A stretch of DNA of 64,000 bases from Candidatus Bathyarchaeota archaeon (GCA_963815095.1 CAWFFH010000003.1:1344001-1408000); one strand, 5' to 3'. Counted from the first letter of the stretch, positions 29,892 to 40,537 are shown. Numbers and translations are program-made. The notes: generated from the sequence alone by a model not told the origin.

Positions 29892-32080
29892 TTTTCCTTC
29901 CTCCCGATTGCTTCAAAAGGGCAGACGGTTTCGCAAACTCCGCAACCATAACAAAGTGAGGCGTCTATTTCGGCATGTTCCCTTTTTAGGCTGATGGCTG
30001 GGCAACCGAAAGCTTTTACGCATACTCCGCAGGCGTTGCATTCATCTTTTACTTCTCGGGGCTGGCCTCGTTCGATTAGAAGTGGGCAGGGTCGCTGGGA
30101 GATGATGACTGATGGACCTTGGTAATCTAATGTTTCTCTGATTTTAGCTGTTGCAACTTTGATGTCGTAGGGATCGATTACATCCACTTTTTCGATGCCT
30201 ACTGCTTTTGCGATGTCTTGAATTTTTATTATTTTAGCCTCTGTTCCCATGGCGGTTTTTCCTGAACCCGGCGTCGGTTGATGCCCCGTCATAGCAACTA
30301 CACTGTTATCCATTATGATTACGCAAACGTTAGCTCTATTATATACAATGTTAAGTAACCCAGGCATACCTGCGTGGAAAAAGGTTGAATCACCGATGAC
30401 TGCAAATACTTTTTCTTTTACGCCCGCATGAATCATTCCTGCAGCTTGAGAAATTCCGCCGCCCATGCAAAGACATGATTGTACCGCATTCACAGGAGGC
30501 AAAACACCCAGAGTATAACAGCCGATGTCGCCTGTTACGATTTTATCGTCGTTTTTGCCCGTTAGGCTCAGGGCGCTTTCTGGACATGCTGGGATGCATT
30601 TTGGGTCGCCACCGCATGTGTCGCATACGATTGCTTTGTGACTGGTGGGGTTGAGTGTTATGGCGCCGAATTTACAAGCATCAATGCACCAATCGCAACC
30701 CTTGCATTTGGATTCATCGAAAACTATTGCCCCAGTTTTCTTTGACCGCGTGATTGCCTTTTCGGGGCAGGCAAGGATGCATGGTACGTTGATGCAGCCT
30801 TTGCAGGTTACTGCAGTGTTAAAAGTTTGGCCAATCCTTATCGAGCGTATGCGTGATTTGAGTGGGTTGAAGACTTTTTCTTTCTCAAACGAGCAGGCAT
30901 ACTCGCATATATCGCAGCCAACGCATTTTTCATTATCACACTCAACATGCTGGTTAACACTGTTTAAGGCATAATAGAACGCTCGGTGGGGACATCCGGG
31001 ACAGAGAGCTGGTGGTCTTGGGGGCAAATCTACAAGTTCTGGTTTTTCAGCTTGAACCGTCAATCCCAGTTTAGCAAACGCCTGACGAACGTTATCAGGA
31101 GTGAATTCACCAATTTCTTCCAAACCCAACTGACTTTTTCCAGAAACCTCAAGATTTAATCGCTGAAGGTTCTCCTCTAAGTAAGGCCTTAATTCTTCAA
31201 TAACTATGAGCTTCTTAACTTTGGAAGCAAACTTCTTTACCATTTCCGCGGGGAAAGGATGAACAAACCCCAACTTTAACCAAGAAAACTTTTTGGAATC
31301 CAAAACCGAGCGGGCATAATAATATCCAACGCCGCTTCCCACAATACCGATTTCACAGCCGTTATCCTCAACAACATTAAAATTTGAATCGTTAGCGAGA
31401 TGTTTTGCCTCCGCCAGCTTTCCCTCTAAAATACGATGTTGCCTAATAGCGTTAGAAGGGACCATGACCCATTTGGAGCCATTCTTGTCAAACTCAGCTC
31501 GGCGGCCAATTTTCTGGAAGCTGCCTAATTTTACTCTTGCTTTTCCATGTGCCACCCTTGTTGTTAATCGCAAAATAACTGGCAGTCGAAGTTTTTCGCT
31601 GATTTCAAAAGCTTCCCTTGCCATATCGAGTGCTTCCTGAGGGTTGCCAGCGTCCAGCAACGGCAACTTTGAGTGAACAGCGAAGAACCGGGTGTCCTGC
31701 TCGTTTTGGCTACTGTGCAACGCTGGGTCGTCACAGACAGCAATTACCATGCCTCCTTCTACTCCAGTGTACGCCAACGTCATAGCAGCGTCTGCCGCAA
31801 CGTTCAAGCCAACATGTTTCATAGAAACAATCGAGCGCACCCCAGTCATAGAAGCGCCAGCAGCGACTTCGGCGGCTACAATTTCGTTTATGCTCCATTC
31901 AGCGTAAATGCCCACTTCTTTGGCGACTTCAGCTATGCTTTCCAAAATTTCGGTGGCAGGCGTTCCAGGATATGAAGTTGCAACTTTAACAGTGGCTTCC
32001 ACTGCCCCACGTGCAACCGCCTCGTCACCGTTAAGCAAGGCAAAATTGCCCGGCTTACCTGATGCAATCTTAGAAGTCAT
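29888..32080 (-). CDS. iorA: Indolepyruvate:ferredoxin oxidoreductase alpha subunit with an inserted multi-[4Fe-4S] domain
   Basis: YPGTP, KHVGLNVAAD, SSQNEQD, CPGCPH, GDIGC, GDSTFFH, C-terminal ferredoxin; ~135-aa Cys-rich insert. Confidence 0.92.
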   Translation of the reverse strand: MTSKIASGKPGNFALLNGDEAVARGAVEATVKVATSYPGTPATEILESIAEVAKEVGIYAEWSINEIVAAEVAAGASMTGVRSIVSMKHVGLNVAADAAMTLAYTGVEGGMVIAVCDDPALHSSQNEQDTRFFAVHSKLPLLDAGNPQEALDMAREAFEISEKLRLPVILRLTTRVAHGKARVKLGSFQKIGRRAEFDKNGSKWVMVPSNAIRQHRILEGKLAEAKHLANDSNFNVVEDNGCEIGIVGSGVGYYYARSVLDSKKFSWLKLGFVHPFPAEMVKKFASKVKKLIVIEELRPYLEENLQRLNLEVSGKSQLGLEEIGEFTPDNVRQAFAKLGLTVQAEKPELVDLPPRPPALCPGCPHRAFYYALNSVNQHVECDNEKCVGCDICEYACSFEKEKVFNPLKSRIRSIRIGQTFNTAVTCKGCINVPCILACPEKAITRSKKTGAIVFDESKCKGCDWCIDACKFGAITLNPTSHKAIVCDTCGGDPKCIPACPESALSLTGKNDDKIVTGDIGCYTLGVLPPVNAVQSCLCMGGGISQAAGMIHAGVKEKVFAVIGDSTFFHAGMPGLLNIVYNRANVCVIIMDNSVVAMTGHQPTPGSGKTAMGTEAKIIKIQDIAKAVGIEKVDVIDPYDIKVATAKIRETLDYQGPSVIISQRPCPLLIERGQPREVKDECNACGVCVKAFGCPAISLKREHAEIDASLCYGCGVCETVCPFEAIGRKEK

Positions 32081-32091
32081 AAGTTTGTCCT

Positions 32092-33411
32092 TTACATTTT
32101 GCCCTTGCGCAAATCCAATACCCTTTTTGCTTTGCCTTCAGTTCTTGGAAGTTCGCCTGGCTTCACAATTTGGACGTCAGCAGATATACCTGTCACAATG
32201 TGGATTCTCTTTTGAATTTCACTTATTAAGGCGGCCTTATCGAGCTGTGGATTTTTGTTGGCTTGCTCACACAACTCAACCTTAACCACAAAAGTATCCA
32301 ATGCTCCTGGTCTATCGAGAACGATGAGGTACTGAGTTGCTAATTCTGAAAAGCACATTACGGCATATTCGATTTGAGATGGAAACACGTTTACTCCACG
32401 GATAATCAGCATGTCATCTGATCTTCCGGTAATTCTCTCCATTCTTGCATGGGTTCTTCCGCATGCACATTTCTCCGTGTTGATTTTGGAGATGTCTCTT
32501 GTTCGGTAACGCAACATGGGTAAACCTGTTTTGGAGAGTGCTGTGAAAACTAATTCGCCTTCTTCTCCTGCAGGCAACACTTCGCCTGTGTCAGGGTCGA
32601 TTGTCTCCACAATAAAATGGTCTTCCCACACGTGCAATCCCTTGTGCTCGGGACATTCGATTGAGACACCAGGACCACATAGTTCAGTTAACCCGTAAAC
32701 GTCGAAGGCTTCTATTCCCATTTCTTTTTCGATTCGCTCTCGGATTTTATGGGACCATGGTTCAGCGCCGAACATGCCGAGTCTAAGTTTAAGGTCCTTT
32801 TGTGGAATTACGCCTTCTTGAACCATTGTTTCAGCAAGATAAACTGCGAAACTTGGCGTGCAAGCTAAAATCGTGACATCCAAGTCTTTCATAAGTTTGA
32901 TTTGGCGCTGGGTCATTCCGCCGCTAGCTGGAACGATTTTTGTTCCGAGTTTTTGGGCGCCGTAGTGGAAGCCTAAGCCTCCTGTGAATAAGCCATAACC
33001 GTAGGCGATGTGGATGACGTCTTGGCGTCTTCCTCCCGTAGTGTAGATGGAGCGGGCCATGAGTTCTTGCCACATTTCCATGTCGCCTTTGGTGTAGGCA
33101 CCAATAATTGGGTTTCCGGTGGTTCCGCTGGAAGCATGAATCTCCACAATATCTTCTGATTTAGCGGCTACCATGCCGAATGGGTAATTGTCCCTCAAAT
33201 CGCTTTTTATGGTAAAAGGAATCTTTTGCAAGTCGTCAAGGGACTGTATATCTTGGGGTTTGAGGTTAACGCTGTCAAATTTTTTGCGGTAAAAGCTGCT
33301 GTGTTCGTAGCAGTGTTTGACTTGTTCTTTGAGCTTTTGGAGCTGAATTTTTTTTATTTCCTGTGAAGGCATTGTTTCTATTTTTTCGTTCCAGTATTTG
33401 CCATCCGCCAA
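32092..33411 (-). CDS. paaK: Phenylacetate-CoA ligase
   Basis: HASSGTTG, YGLFTGGLG, YGLTE, RYRTRD, GRSDDMLIIRGVNVFPSQIE. Confidence 0.93.
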   Translation of the reverse strand: MADGKYWNEKIETMPSQEIKKIQLQKLKEQVKHCYEHSSFYRKKFDSVNLKPQDIQSLDDLQKIPFTIKSDLRDNYPFGMVAAKSEDIVEIHASSGTTGNPIIGAYTKGDMEMWQELMARSIYTTGGRRQDVIHIAYGYGLFTGGLGFHYGAQKLGTKIVPASGGMTQRQIKLMKDLDVTILACTPSFAVYLAETMVQEGVIPQKDLKLRLGMFGAEPWSHKIRERIEKEMGIEAFDVYGLTELCGPGVSIECPEHKGLHVWEDHFIVETIDPDTGEVLPAGEEGELVFTALSKTGLPMLRYRTRDISKINTEKCACGRTHARMERITGRSDDMLIIRGVNVFPSQIEYAVMCFSELATQYLIVLDRPGALDTFVVKVELCEQANKNPQLDKAALISEIQKRIHIVTGISADVQIVKPGELPRTEGKAKRVLDLRKGKM

Positions 33412-33429
33412 GTTTCTTGTCCCCTTTGG

Positions 33430-34134
33430 TTAAAGGCCTAGATACACTTCTTTTATGTGACTATTAGATAAAAGTTCCCTACTCTTTCCTTCCAAGATTA
33501 TCTTCCCTTCCTCAAGAACGTAGCCTCGGTCTGCGACGTTCAGGCTGTCGTGGATATTCTGTTCTACTAAAAGCACGGTTACGCCTTCTTCGTTGATAGT
33601 GCGTACAGTATCGAGAACCTTCTCAACTATAATTGGCGCTAAACCCAATGAAGGTTCATCTAAGATTAGCAATTGCGGATTAGACATTAAGCTTCGGCAG
33701 ATAACAAGCATCTGCTGCTCGCCGCCGCTGAGAGTTTGAGCTAACACCTTGTCTTTCTTTTTCAGAACGGGAAAAATATCAAAAACTTTCTCTTTAGTTT
33801 CCTTAATTTTCGCCTTGTCTTTTATGCTGAAAGCGCCAAGTTGAAGGTTTTCTTCGACAGTCATGCGTGGAAAGATTTCTCTTCCCTCAGGAATCATGGT
33901 TAATCCTTTTTTGACTATCTCGTAGGTAGGCAGTTTCTCGATGTTTTCGCCATTAAACTTAATTGAACCAGTTTTCGGATGCAAAAACCCCATGATGGTT
34001 TTTACAAGCGTGGTTTTTCCTGCGCCGTTGGGTCCAATAATACTGACGATTTCACCCTGTTCAACCTTGAAGTTAACGTCGCGAAGTATTTGCACCATGC
34101 CATAAGCAGCAGATAAGTTCTCAATTTCCAGCAT
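33430..34134 (-). CDS. livF: HAAT ABC ATPase (LivF-like)
   Basis: GPNGAGKTT, LSGGEQQM, DEPSLGLAP. Confidence 0.92.
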   Translation of the reverse strand: MLEIENLSAAYGMVQILRDVNFKVEQGEIVSIIGPNGAGKTTLVKTIMGFLHPKTGSIKFNGENIEKLPTYEIVKKGLTMIPEGREIFPRMTVEENLQLGAFSIKDKAKIKETKEKVFDIFPVLKKKDKVLAQTLSGGEQQMLVICRSLMSNPQLLILDEPSLGLAPIIVEKVLDTVRTINEEGVTVLLVEQNIHDSLNVADRGYVLEEGKIILEGKSRELLSNSHIKEVYLGL

Positions 34135-34874
34135 TACTCTTCCTCACCAAAGTTGAACCGCTTACCCAAGTAAACCTTCACAACGTTCTCGTCGCAAACC
34201 ACTGTTTTTGGATCTCCTTCACAGATTTTTTCGCCATGATTCAACACAATAACATGGCTACATAATCCCATAATTACCCGCATGACGTGCTCAACGATGA
34301 GCACTGTTACTCCTTGCTTGTTGATTTGCTTGATTATTTCAATAGCTTCGTCAGATTCCTTGGGTGTAAGACCAGTAAGCAACTCATCAAGCAGAAGCAT
34401 TTTAGGATTCGTAGCCAACGCTTTCGCAAGCTGAATACGACGCAATTCAACAACGTTTAATTTTTTTGCAGGCAAATCAAACTTTTCTTTACCCAAACCA
34501 ACAAAACCCAAAAGCTCCTGCGCCCTAGGTAACGCCTCAGTTTTGCCAGTATATTTTTTCTCGTTGAACAGCACACTTGTTAATACGTTTTCCGTCGCGG
34601 TCATTTCGGGAAAAGACTGAACGGTTTGGGCAGTTTTGGTGATGCCCTTGGCGCAGATTTTGTAGGGCGGAAGTTTTGCAATGTTTTCTTCATTGAAGAG
34701 AATTTGTCCAGAATCGGGCTTATACACGCCACTGATGAGGTTTAACAGTGTAGATTTTCCTGAGCCGTTGGGTCCAACAAGCCCAGCTATCTCACCGTCG
34801 GCTATTGAGAAGTCAACGTTTTTTAATGCTTGAAGTCCGCCAAACCGTTTGGAAACCTCGATGCACTTTAGCAA
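34134..34874 (-). CDS. livG: HAAT ABC ATPase (LivG-like)
   Basis: KRFGGLQAL, GPNGSGKST, VVKVYLG. Confidence 0.9.
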   Translation of the reverse strand: MLKCIEVSKRFGGLQALKNVDFSIADGEIAGLVGPNGSGKSTLLNLISGVYKPDSGQILFNEENIAKLPPYKICAKGITKTAQTVQSFPEMTATENVLTSVLFNEKKYTGKTEALPRAQELLGFVGLGKEKFDLPAKKLNVVELRRIQLAKALATNPKMLLLDELLTGLTPKESDEAIEIIKQINKQGVTVLIVEHVMRVIMGLCSHVIVLNHGEKICEGDPKTVVCDENVVKVYLGKRFNFGEEE

Positions 34875-34981
34875 ACTTGCGCACTCCGAATAGCAAGCAA
34901 TTATTCAAGTGCAAATATAAAGGTTGGTGGAAATGACATTTTCCTGAAATTTTGGTTAAAGTTAAATATTAACGGAAACTA

Positions 34982-35449
34982 TTGGACTGTTGGTGTAATT
35001 GTTTGCCTATAACGCAAGTAAGCGTGTTTCTTGATAATCATCCAGGTTCTCTTTTTGAAACCATGTCGCAGCTGGACAAGAACAAAATCAAAGTCTTCGC
35101 CTTATCCATCGCAGACGCCGGCGAGTTTGGCTTGGTTAGATTGATAACTGAAGACCCAGAGAAAGCCAAACGTCTCTTGGAGGATGCAGAGTTTAACCTT
35201 GCAAAATCAAAAAAGAACACCGAAGTCACAGCTATTTTCATATCTGAACAAAATACGATTTCGAATATAACCAAGATTTTGGGTGACGGCGGCATAAACA
35301 TTGAGTATGCTTATTCTTCAGCGGTGCACGTTGAAGGGAAGGTTGCTTTGATTCTGCGTCCTAGTAATGTTGAGCAGGCAGAGCAAATGTTAGCTGCAAA
35401 CGGCGTTGCTGTTCTCTCGCTTGGGGAAATCAAAAAATACTTCCAATAA
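34982..35449 (+). CDS. Tandem ACT-domain protein
   Basis: QVSVFLDNHPG...ALSIADAGEFGLVRL...INIEYAYS; typical paaK/ior neighbour. Confidence 0.85.
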   Translation: MDCWCNCLPITQVSVFLDNHPGSLFETMSQLDKNKIKVFALSIADAGEFGLVRLITEDPEKAKRLLEDAEFNLAKSKKNTEVTAIFISEQNTISNITKILGDGGINIEYAYSSAVHVEGKVALILRPSNVEQAEQMLAANGVAVLSLGEIKKYFQ

Positions 35450-35602
35450 CTACCTTTTTGTAATATATTTTTGTTCATACCCTATAATTCAGTAACGACA
35501 GTTTTTTTCGCTTAGTATGGGCATATATTCACAGAATAATGATTCTGAGACAATAAGCTTTAATTTGTGGCGTTTGCACGACCCTAAGCAGAGGTCAAAT
35601 TA

Positions 35603-38425
35603 ATGGTTACCACAAACCTTGACAAAATTTTCAATCCTCAAAGCGTAGCCATCATCGGAGCCAGTGATGTTGAAGGCTCAGTTGGATATGCTATAGTAAA
35701 AAATTTTACTCAGATGGGCTACACCGGCAAAGTTTATTTTGTTAACTTTCGAAAACCAGAGATTTTAGGTGTAAAAACTTACCCGACAGTTGACCAGATT
35801 CCTGAACCTGTTGACTTAGTAATCATTGCTACCCCCGCCAAAACCGTCCCAGACGTCATGGAGGAATGTGGCAAAGCACAGGTGAAAGGCGCAATAATTG
35901 TTTCTGCAGGCTTCAAAGAAACAGGTCCAGCAGGCAAAGCTTTAGAAGAAAAAATTCTTGAAGCATCCAAAAAATACGGAATCAGAATTATCGGTCCAAA
36001 CTGCATTGGAATTATCCGACCCCGAAATAACCTTAACGCAACCTTCCTTGATAAGATGCCTAAGGCTGGCAACGTAGCTTTCCTCTCCCAAAGCGGCGCC
36101 TTAGGTTCCGCAATCCTTGACTGGGCACTCCACGAAAACATCGGCTTTAGCAACTTCGTCTCAGTCGGATCCATGCTTGACGTGGACTTTGGCGATTTAA
36201 TTGATTATTTTGGTTCTGACCCAAAAACAAAAAGCATCCTCATGTACGTTGAAGGCATAACTGAAGCCCGCAAATTCATGAGCGCCGCAAGACACTTTGC
36301 ACGAACCAAACCAATCATAGTTGTTAAGTCAGGCAAATTTTCCGAAAGCGCAAAAGCTGCTGCTTCTCACACAGGTTCCCTTTCAGGGGAAGACAGCATT
36401 TATGATGCAGCATTCAAACGCGCCGGCATTGTACGCGTTAGCGAAATAGCTGACCTGTTTAATTCAGCTGAAGTTTTAGGCACACAACCGTTGCCTAAAG
36501 GTCCAAGACTTGCCATAATAACTAATGCAGGCGGACCTGGCGTAATGGCAACTGACTCACTTATTGGACAAGGCGGCAAACTGGCAAAACTAAGCCAAAA
36601 AACACTAGACTCTCTCAACGCTGTTTTGCCTCCATTCTGGAGCCACGGCAACCCCATCGACGTTTTAGGAGACGCCAAATCTGAACGGTATAAAGCAGCC
36701 GTTGAAGCATGCCTAAACGACGACAACATCGATGGCATCATGATTATTTTCACTCAACAAGCCGTTTCAGAATCAGTAGAAATAGCAAAGAACATCGTTG
36801 AATTAGTACGCAGCAAATCCTACCAAAACAAAACAATACTTACATCATTTATGGGATTTGGCGCAGTCCAAGAAGCCAATAACATTCTAAACGCAAACAA
36901 CATCCCCACTTACACAACACCCGAACAAGCCATTCGAACCTACATGTACATGTACAATTACAACCGCAACATAGACCTCCTCTACGAAACCCCCGAAGAA
37001 CTCCCAGTAGATGCAGCACCACCAAAACGCCCCATAATGGCAATTCTAAGAAACGCAGCATTTGAAGACCGCGAAATCTTAACCGAGGACGAAGCCAAAA
37101 AAATACTCAAATACTATAATTTCCCAGTCGTCAAAACCGAAGTTGCCAACACCGTTGACGAAGCAATAGCGTACTCTCAGGAAATGGGGTTCCCAGTTGT
37201 CCTAAAGATCTTGTCACCTCAAATCATCCATAAAAGCGATGCAGGCGGAGTAATCTTAAACGTTAATTCACCCACCGAAGTCCGCGAAGCCTTCGATCTT
37301 CTAATTCAAAGAGCAAACGCATACAACCCCAGCGCACAAATAATCGGCGTAACTGTTCAACCCATGATTGAAAAGAAAGGTCACGAACTCATCATCGGAG
37401 GAAAAACCGACCCCGTCTTTGGTCCAGTAATTCTCTTCGGTATGGGTGGAGTCGGCGTGGAACTCTTCAAAGACTACTCAATTGGACTTCCACCACTAAA
37501 CACAACCCTCATCCACCGCATGATGGACGAAACCAAAGTTTACCGCTTACTCAAAGGATGGCGTAACGCACCCGCGGTGAACCTCAAAAAACTCGATGAA
37601 ACAGTGCTCATGTTTTCTCAGCTGCTAGTTGATTTCCCCCAGATAAAAGAAATTGACATAAACCCATTGCTAATTAACGAAAAAGACGCTACCGTCCTTG
37701 ATGCTCGAATAGTCGTTGATAAGGATAAAGTTTGCAGGAAATTTGAGCCCCACGAACACATGGTTATCAGCCCGTACCCCAAAAAATACGAGGTACTGTG
37801 GTTACTCAAGAACGGTCAAGAAGTTCTCTTGCGCCCCATAAAACCTGAAGATGAACCCATGTGGCTTGAGATGTTCCAGAGCTTCTCAGAAGAAGCAATT
37901 CGCTACCGTTTCTTCCAAATGCTAAAAGATACACCGCATGAAGTCCGCGTCCGCTACTGCAACATTGACTACGACCGAGAAATCGCTATCGTCGCAGAAA
38001 TGGTGGATAATGGTAAAAGAAAAATCCTCGGTGTTACCCGACTCAGTCTTGAATCCGACGAAAAGAGTAGCGAAATGGCTTTCATTGTAAGCGACTATTG
38101 GCAGGGTTTAGGTTTAGGCACCAAAATGGTTGATTACGTGCTTGACATCGCCAAAGAGAAAGGCATGGAAAAGGTTCACGCAATCATATTACAAGACAAC
38201 TACCGCGCATTGAGCTTGACAAAGAAGATGGGCTTCAAAATCGAATACCTAACAGACGGCACCGTCAAAGCAACACTTGACCTAAAAGATGAAGACCTAG
38301 ACTTTCGATGTGCACAACTAAAACTGCCCGAGCCACCTCAAACAAAACAAGAAAAGAAACCGGAAGTAAAAGTTTCTGAAAGCAAAAAAGCAATCCGCGA
38401 GCCGCCAGAAGCGGCACCCGCTTAA
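35603..38425 (+). CDS. NDP-forming acyl-CoA synthetase (alpha+beta) fused to a C-terminal GNAT acetyltransferase
   Basis: IIGPNC, SQSGA, AASHTGSL, NPIDVLGDA, HKSDAGGV, DINPL; GNAT motif WQGLGLGT. Confidence 0.9.
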   Translation: MVTTNLDKIFNPQSVAIIGASDVEGSVGYAIVKNFTQMGYTGKVYFVNFRKPEILGVKTYPTVDQIPEPVDLVIIATPAKTVPDVMEECGKAQVKGAIIVSAGFKETGPAGKALEEKILEASKKYGIRIIGPNCIGIIRPRNNLNATFLDKMPKAGNVAFLSQSGALGSAILDWALHENIGFSNFVSVGSMLDVDFGDLIDYFGSDPKTKSILMYVEGITEARKFMSAARHFARTKPIIVVKSGKFSESAKAAASHTGSLSGEDSIYDAAFKRAGIVRVSEIADLFNSAEVLGTQPLPKGPRLAIITNAGGPGVMATDSLIGQGGKLAKLSQKTLDSLNAVLPPFWSHGNPIDVLGDAKSERYKAAVEACLNDDNIDGIMIIFTQQAVSESVEIAKNIVELVRSKSYQNKTILTSFMGFGAVQEANNILNANNIPTYTTPEQAIRTYMYMYNYNRNIDLLYETPEELPVDAAPPKRPIMAILRNAAFEDREILTEDEAKKILKYYNFPVVKTEVANTVDEAIAYSQEMGFPVVLKILSPQIIHKSDAGGVILNVNSPTEVREAFDLLIQRANAYNPSAQIIGVTVQPMIEKKGHELIIGGKTDPVFGPVILFGMGGVGVELFKDYSIGLPPLNTTLIHRMMDETKVYRLLKGWRNAPAVNLKKLDETVLMFSQLLVDFPQIKEIDINPLLINEKDATVLDARIVVDKDKVCRKFEPHEHMVISPYPKKYEVLWLLKNGQEVLLRPIKPEDEPMWLEMFQSFSEEAIRYRFFQMLKDTPHEVRVRYCNIDYDREIAIVAEMVDNGKRKILGVTRLSLESDEKSSEMAFIVSDYWQGLGLGTKMVDYVLDIAKEKGMEKVHAIILQDNYRALSLTKKMGFKIEYLTDGTVKATLDLKDEDLDFRCAQLKLPEPPQTKQEKKPEVKVSESKKAIREPPEAAPA

Positions 38426-38513
38426 TTTCTTTCTTTTGTATTCTGGATAGTTTTAAATTTTCAAGCATCCACCTATTAGTGGTGGAACCATAAGAAAACT
38501 CATCTGCATACTC

Positions 38514-39959
38514 TTGCTCATCGTTGTTTTGATATGCAGCATGCTCCTTGTTACCAACGTAAAGGCTACCACCAATGTCAGTGGACTAATCTCTTCGGAT
38601 ACAACTTGGACACAGGCTAACAGCCCCTACTTACTAACTGGAACCTTAACAGTGAACAGTGGCGTCACCCTAACCATTCAGCCAGGCGTAACCGTAGACC
38701 TTGCTTCATATTCCTTTCTGGTCGGAGGCACATTAAACGCTACAGGCACAAGCGACAACAACATAATCTTTCAAACCTCATATTCTTACAGTTCAATTCG
38801 AATCCAGTTCTTATCCACGAGCGAGAATTGGACTGCCACGACAAATTCTGGCTGCACAGTTACCAATTCCCTCTTTAACTCAGTCGGAATAATAGTTACG
38901 AACTGTTCACCCAAAATAAGTAACAATTACTTTACCAACAACAGATTTACTCCAATTTCAGTAAATGGTGGCTCAGTTTTGATTGTAAGCAACACGTTCG
39001 ATTGCCAAGCAACAGCCATCACTGTCAGTGGTGTATCTGCTTCGCCTACAATTTCCAGTAACTTCATCAAATCCAACAGCTATGGCATTTACGTTACAGG
39101 TAACAACGCCTACATCTCAGACAACAACATAACCCGTTGCCCGACAGGCGTTTTTGTCACAGGCAACTCAACTATCACAAGAAACCTAATCACCAATAAC
39201 ACCAATGGAATTTACTCTCTAACCAATTTACCATGGATCGCGAATAACATAGTTGCCAATAACGGCATTGGCGTCATGGGTGGCGGAACCATACAAAATA
39301 ACACCATTGGAAACAACACAATAGGTGTCGGCGTATCTATTACTCCCAGCAACATAAACCAAAATAATTTTTTTAACAACACACAATTTAACCTTGGTTT
39401 AGCGATGTCAAATGCGACCGATGCAACCAATAACTGGTGGGGAACCACTGATATCTCGGCTATTAATCAGACAATTTATGACTCTAAAAATTCTACAAGT
39501 TTAGGCACTGTCAACTTTAATCCATTTTTGACTGAGCCAAACCCCAACGCACCTGCAATTGAGAGCATAAATTATGTTCCCGTGCCAACTCCTACACCTT
39601 ACCCAAGCTTAATTCCAGCTCCAACAATGACACCGTATCCAACAATTCATTCAACCCCACCACCATACCTAAACATTACAACGCCAACTCCGACGCCTAC
39701 ACCAACAGATACCCCAACACCCATACCAACACCATCCCCCCAACCAACCCCAAGCCCAATCCCCAAAAAAATGCCCGGCACACCGCTGAATCTGGCAGAC
39801 GCATCATTTATTGAAGGTATCTCGCAATTCGACATAACAAACGTAGCTAAACTCGTGCTCATTGCCTTAGGGATCATGTGGTTAATCATAATCTTGGTTT
39901 ATATTGACCGCGATTTCGGCAAAAAGACCACAAGAAAAGTAAGAAATAATGTCTGTTAG
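38514..39959 (+). CDS. Right-handed beta-helix surface protein with a Pro/Thr linker and C-terminal TM
   Basis: Signal peptide, N-rich beta-helix repeats, DATNNWWGT, (PT)n stalk. Confidence 0.8.
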   Translation: MLIVVLICSMLLVTNVKATTNVSGLISSDTTWTQANSPYLLTGTLTVNSGVTLTIQPGVTVDLASYSFLVGGTLNATGTSDNNIIFQTSYSYSSIRIQFLSTSENWTATTNSGCTVTNSLFNSVGIIVTNCSPKISNNYFTNNRFTPISVNGGSVLIVSNTFDCQATAITVSGVSASPTISSNFIKSNSYGIYVTGNNAYISDNNITRCPTGVFVTGNSTITRNLITNNTNGIYSLTNLPWIANNIVANNGIGVMGGGTIQNNTIGNNTIGVGVSITPSNINQNNFFNNTQFNLGLAMSNATDATNNWWGTTDISAINQTIYDSKNSTSLGTVNFNPFLTEPNPNAPAIESINYVPVPTPTPYPSLIPAPTMTPYPTIHSTPPPYLNITTPTPTPTPTDTPTPIPTPSPQPTPSPIPKKMPGTPLNLADASFIEGISQFDITNVAKLVLIALGIMWLIIILVYIDRDFGKKTTRKVRNNVC

Positions 39960-39973
39960 GAGCAAAGACGAAG

Positions 39974-40528
39974 ATGGTTGAGACGTTTTATCTGCACTTA
40001 GAATTCGCAGCCAAAAATGGCGGATGGTCCATTAATTTGCCTTTTTTGTGCAATAAATGCGGGGTCTGCTGCACCTTAGATGATTTCTTGACTGCAGGAG
40101 AAATCAACGCCAAACCCAAAGAGCAACCCGACGTCTTTGCCAAAATGAAGATCGTTACCGAAGAACTTGGTAAGATGTGGGGAGCTGACGAAGAAAAATA
40201 CGACCAATACATCCAACGCAAACCCTGTCCCTTTTTAGTAGAGAATGCCTGCTCTATCTATGAGATTCGACCTGAAGGGTGCCGCCGATTTCCCAACACC
40301 AAATTTGGCATGCTCACACAAGACTGCGAACCGTTGAATCGATTCAAAAAGCAACGCACAGCCTTAAAGAAAGCAAGAGCCACCAAAGAAACCTACCACT
40401 CAACAGAGGCAAACATTAAGCCGGTAAAATATGCAGAAAACCAGTTCCAAGCGTGCCTCACAAAACTACGTCAAGCTGGCATAACAGACGACGAATTAGC
40501 CCTTTTCAACGCCTTCAACGGAAGATAA
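39974..40528 (+). CDS. YkgJ-family CxxCxxCC cluster protein
   Basis: CNKCGVCC...CPFL...CSIYEIRPEGCRRFP. Confidence 0.85.
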   Translation: MVETFYLHLEFAAKNGGWSINLPFLCNKCGVCCTLDDFLTAGEINAKPKEQPDVFAKMKIVTEELGKMWGADEEKYDQYIQRKPCPFLVENACSIYEIRPEGCRRFPNTKFGMLTQDCEPLNRFKKQRTALKKARATKETYHSTEANIKPVKYAENQFQACLTKLRQAGITDDELALFNAFNGR

Positions 40529-40537
40529 ATTGCCAAT

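Noticed and set aside
39587-39760. Pro/Thr repeats as a DNA repeat element
   Set aside because: Explained by the coding linker of a surface protein; the same applies to 54410-54490
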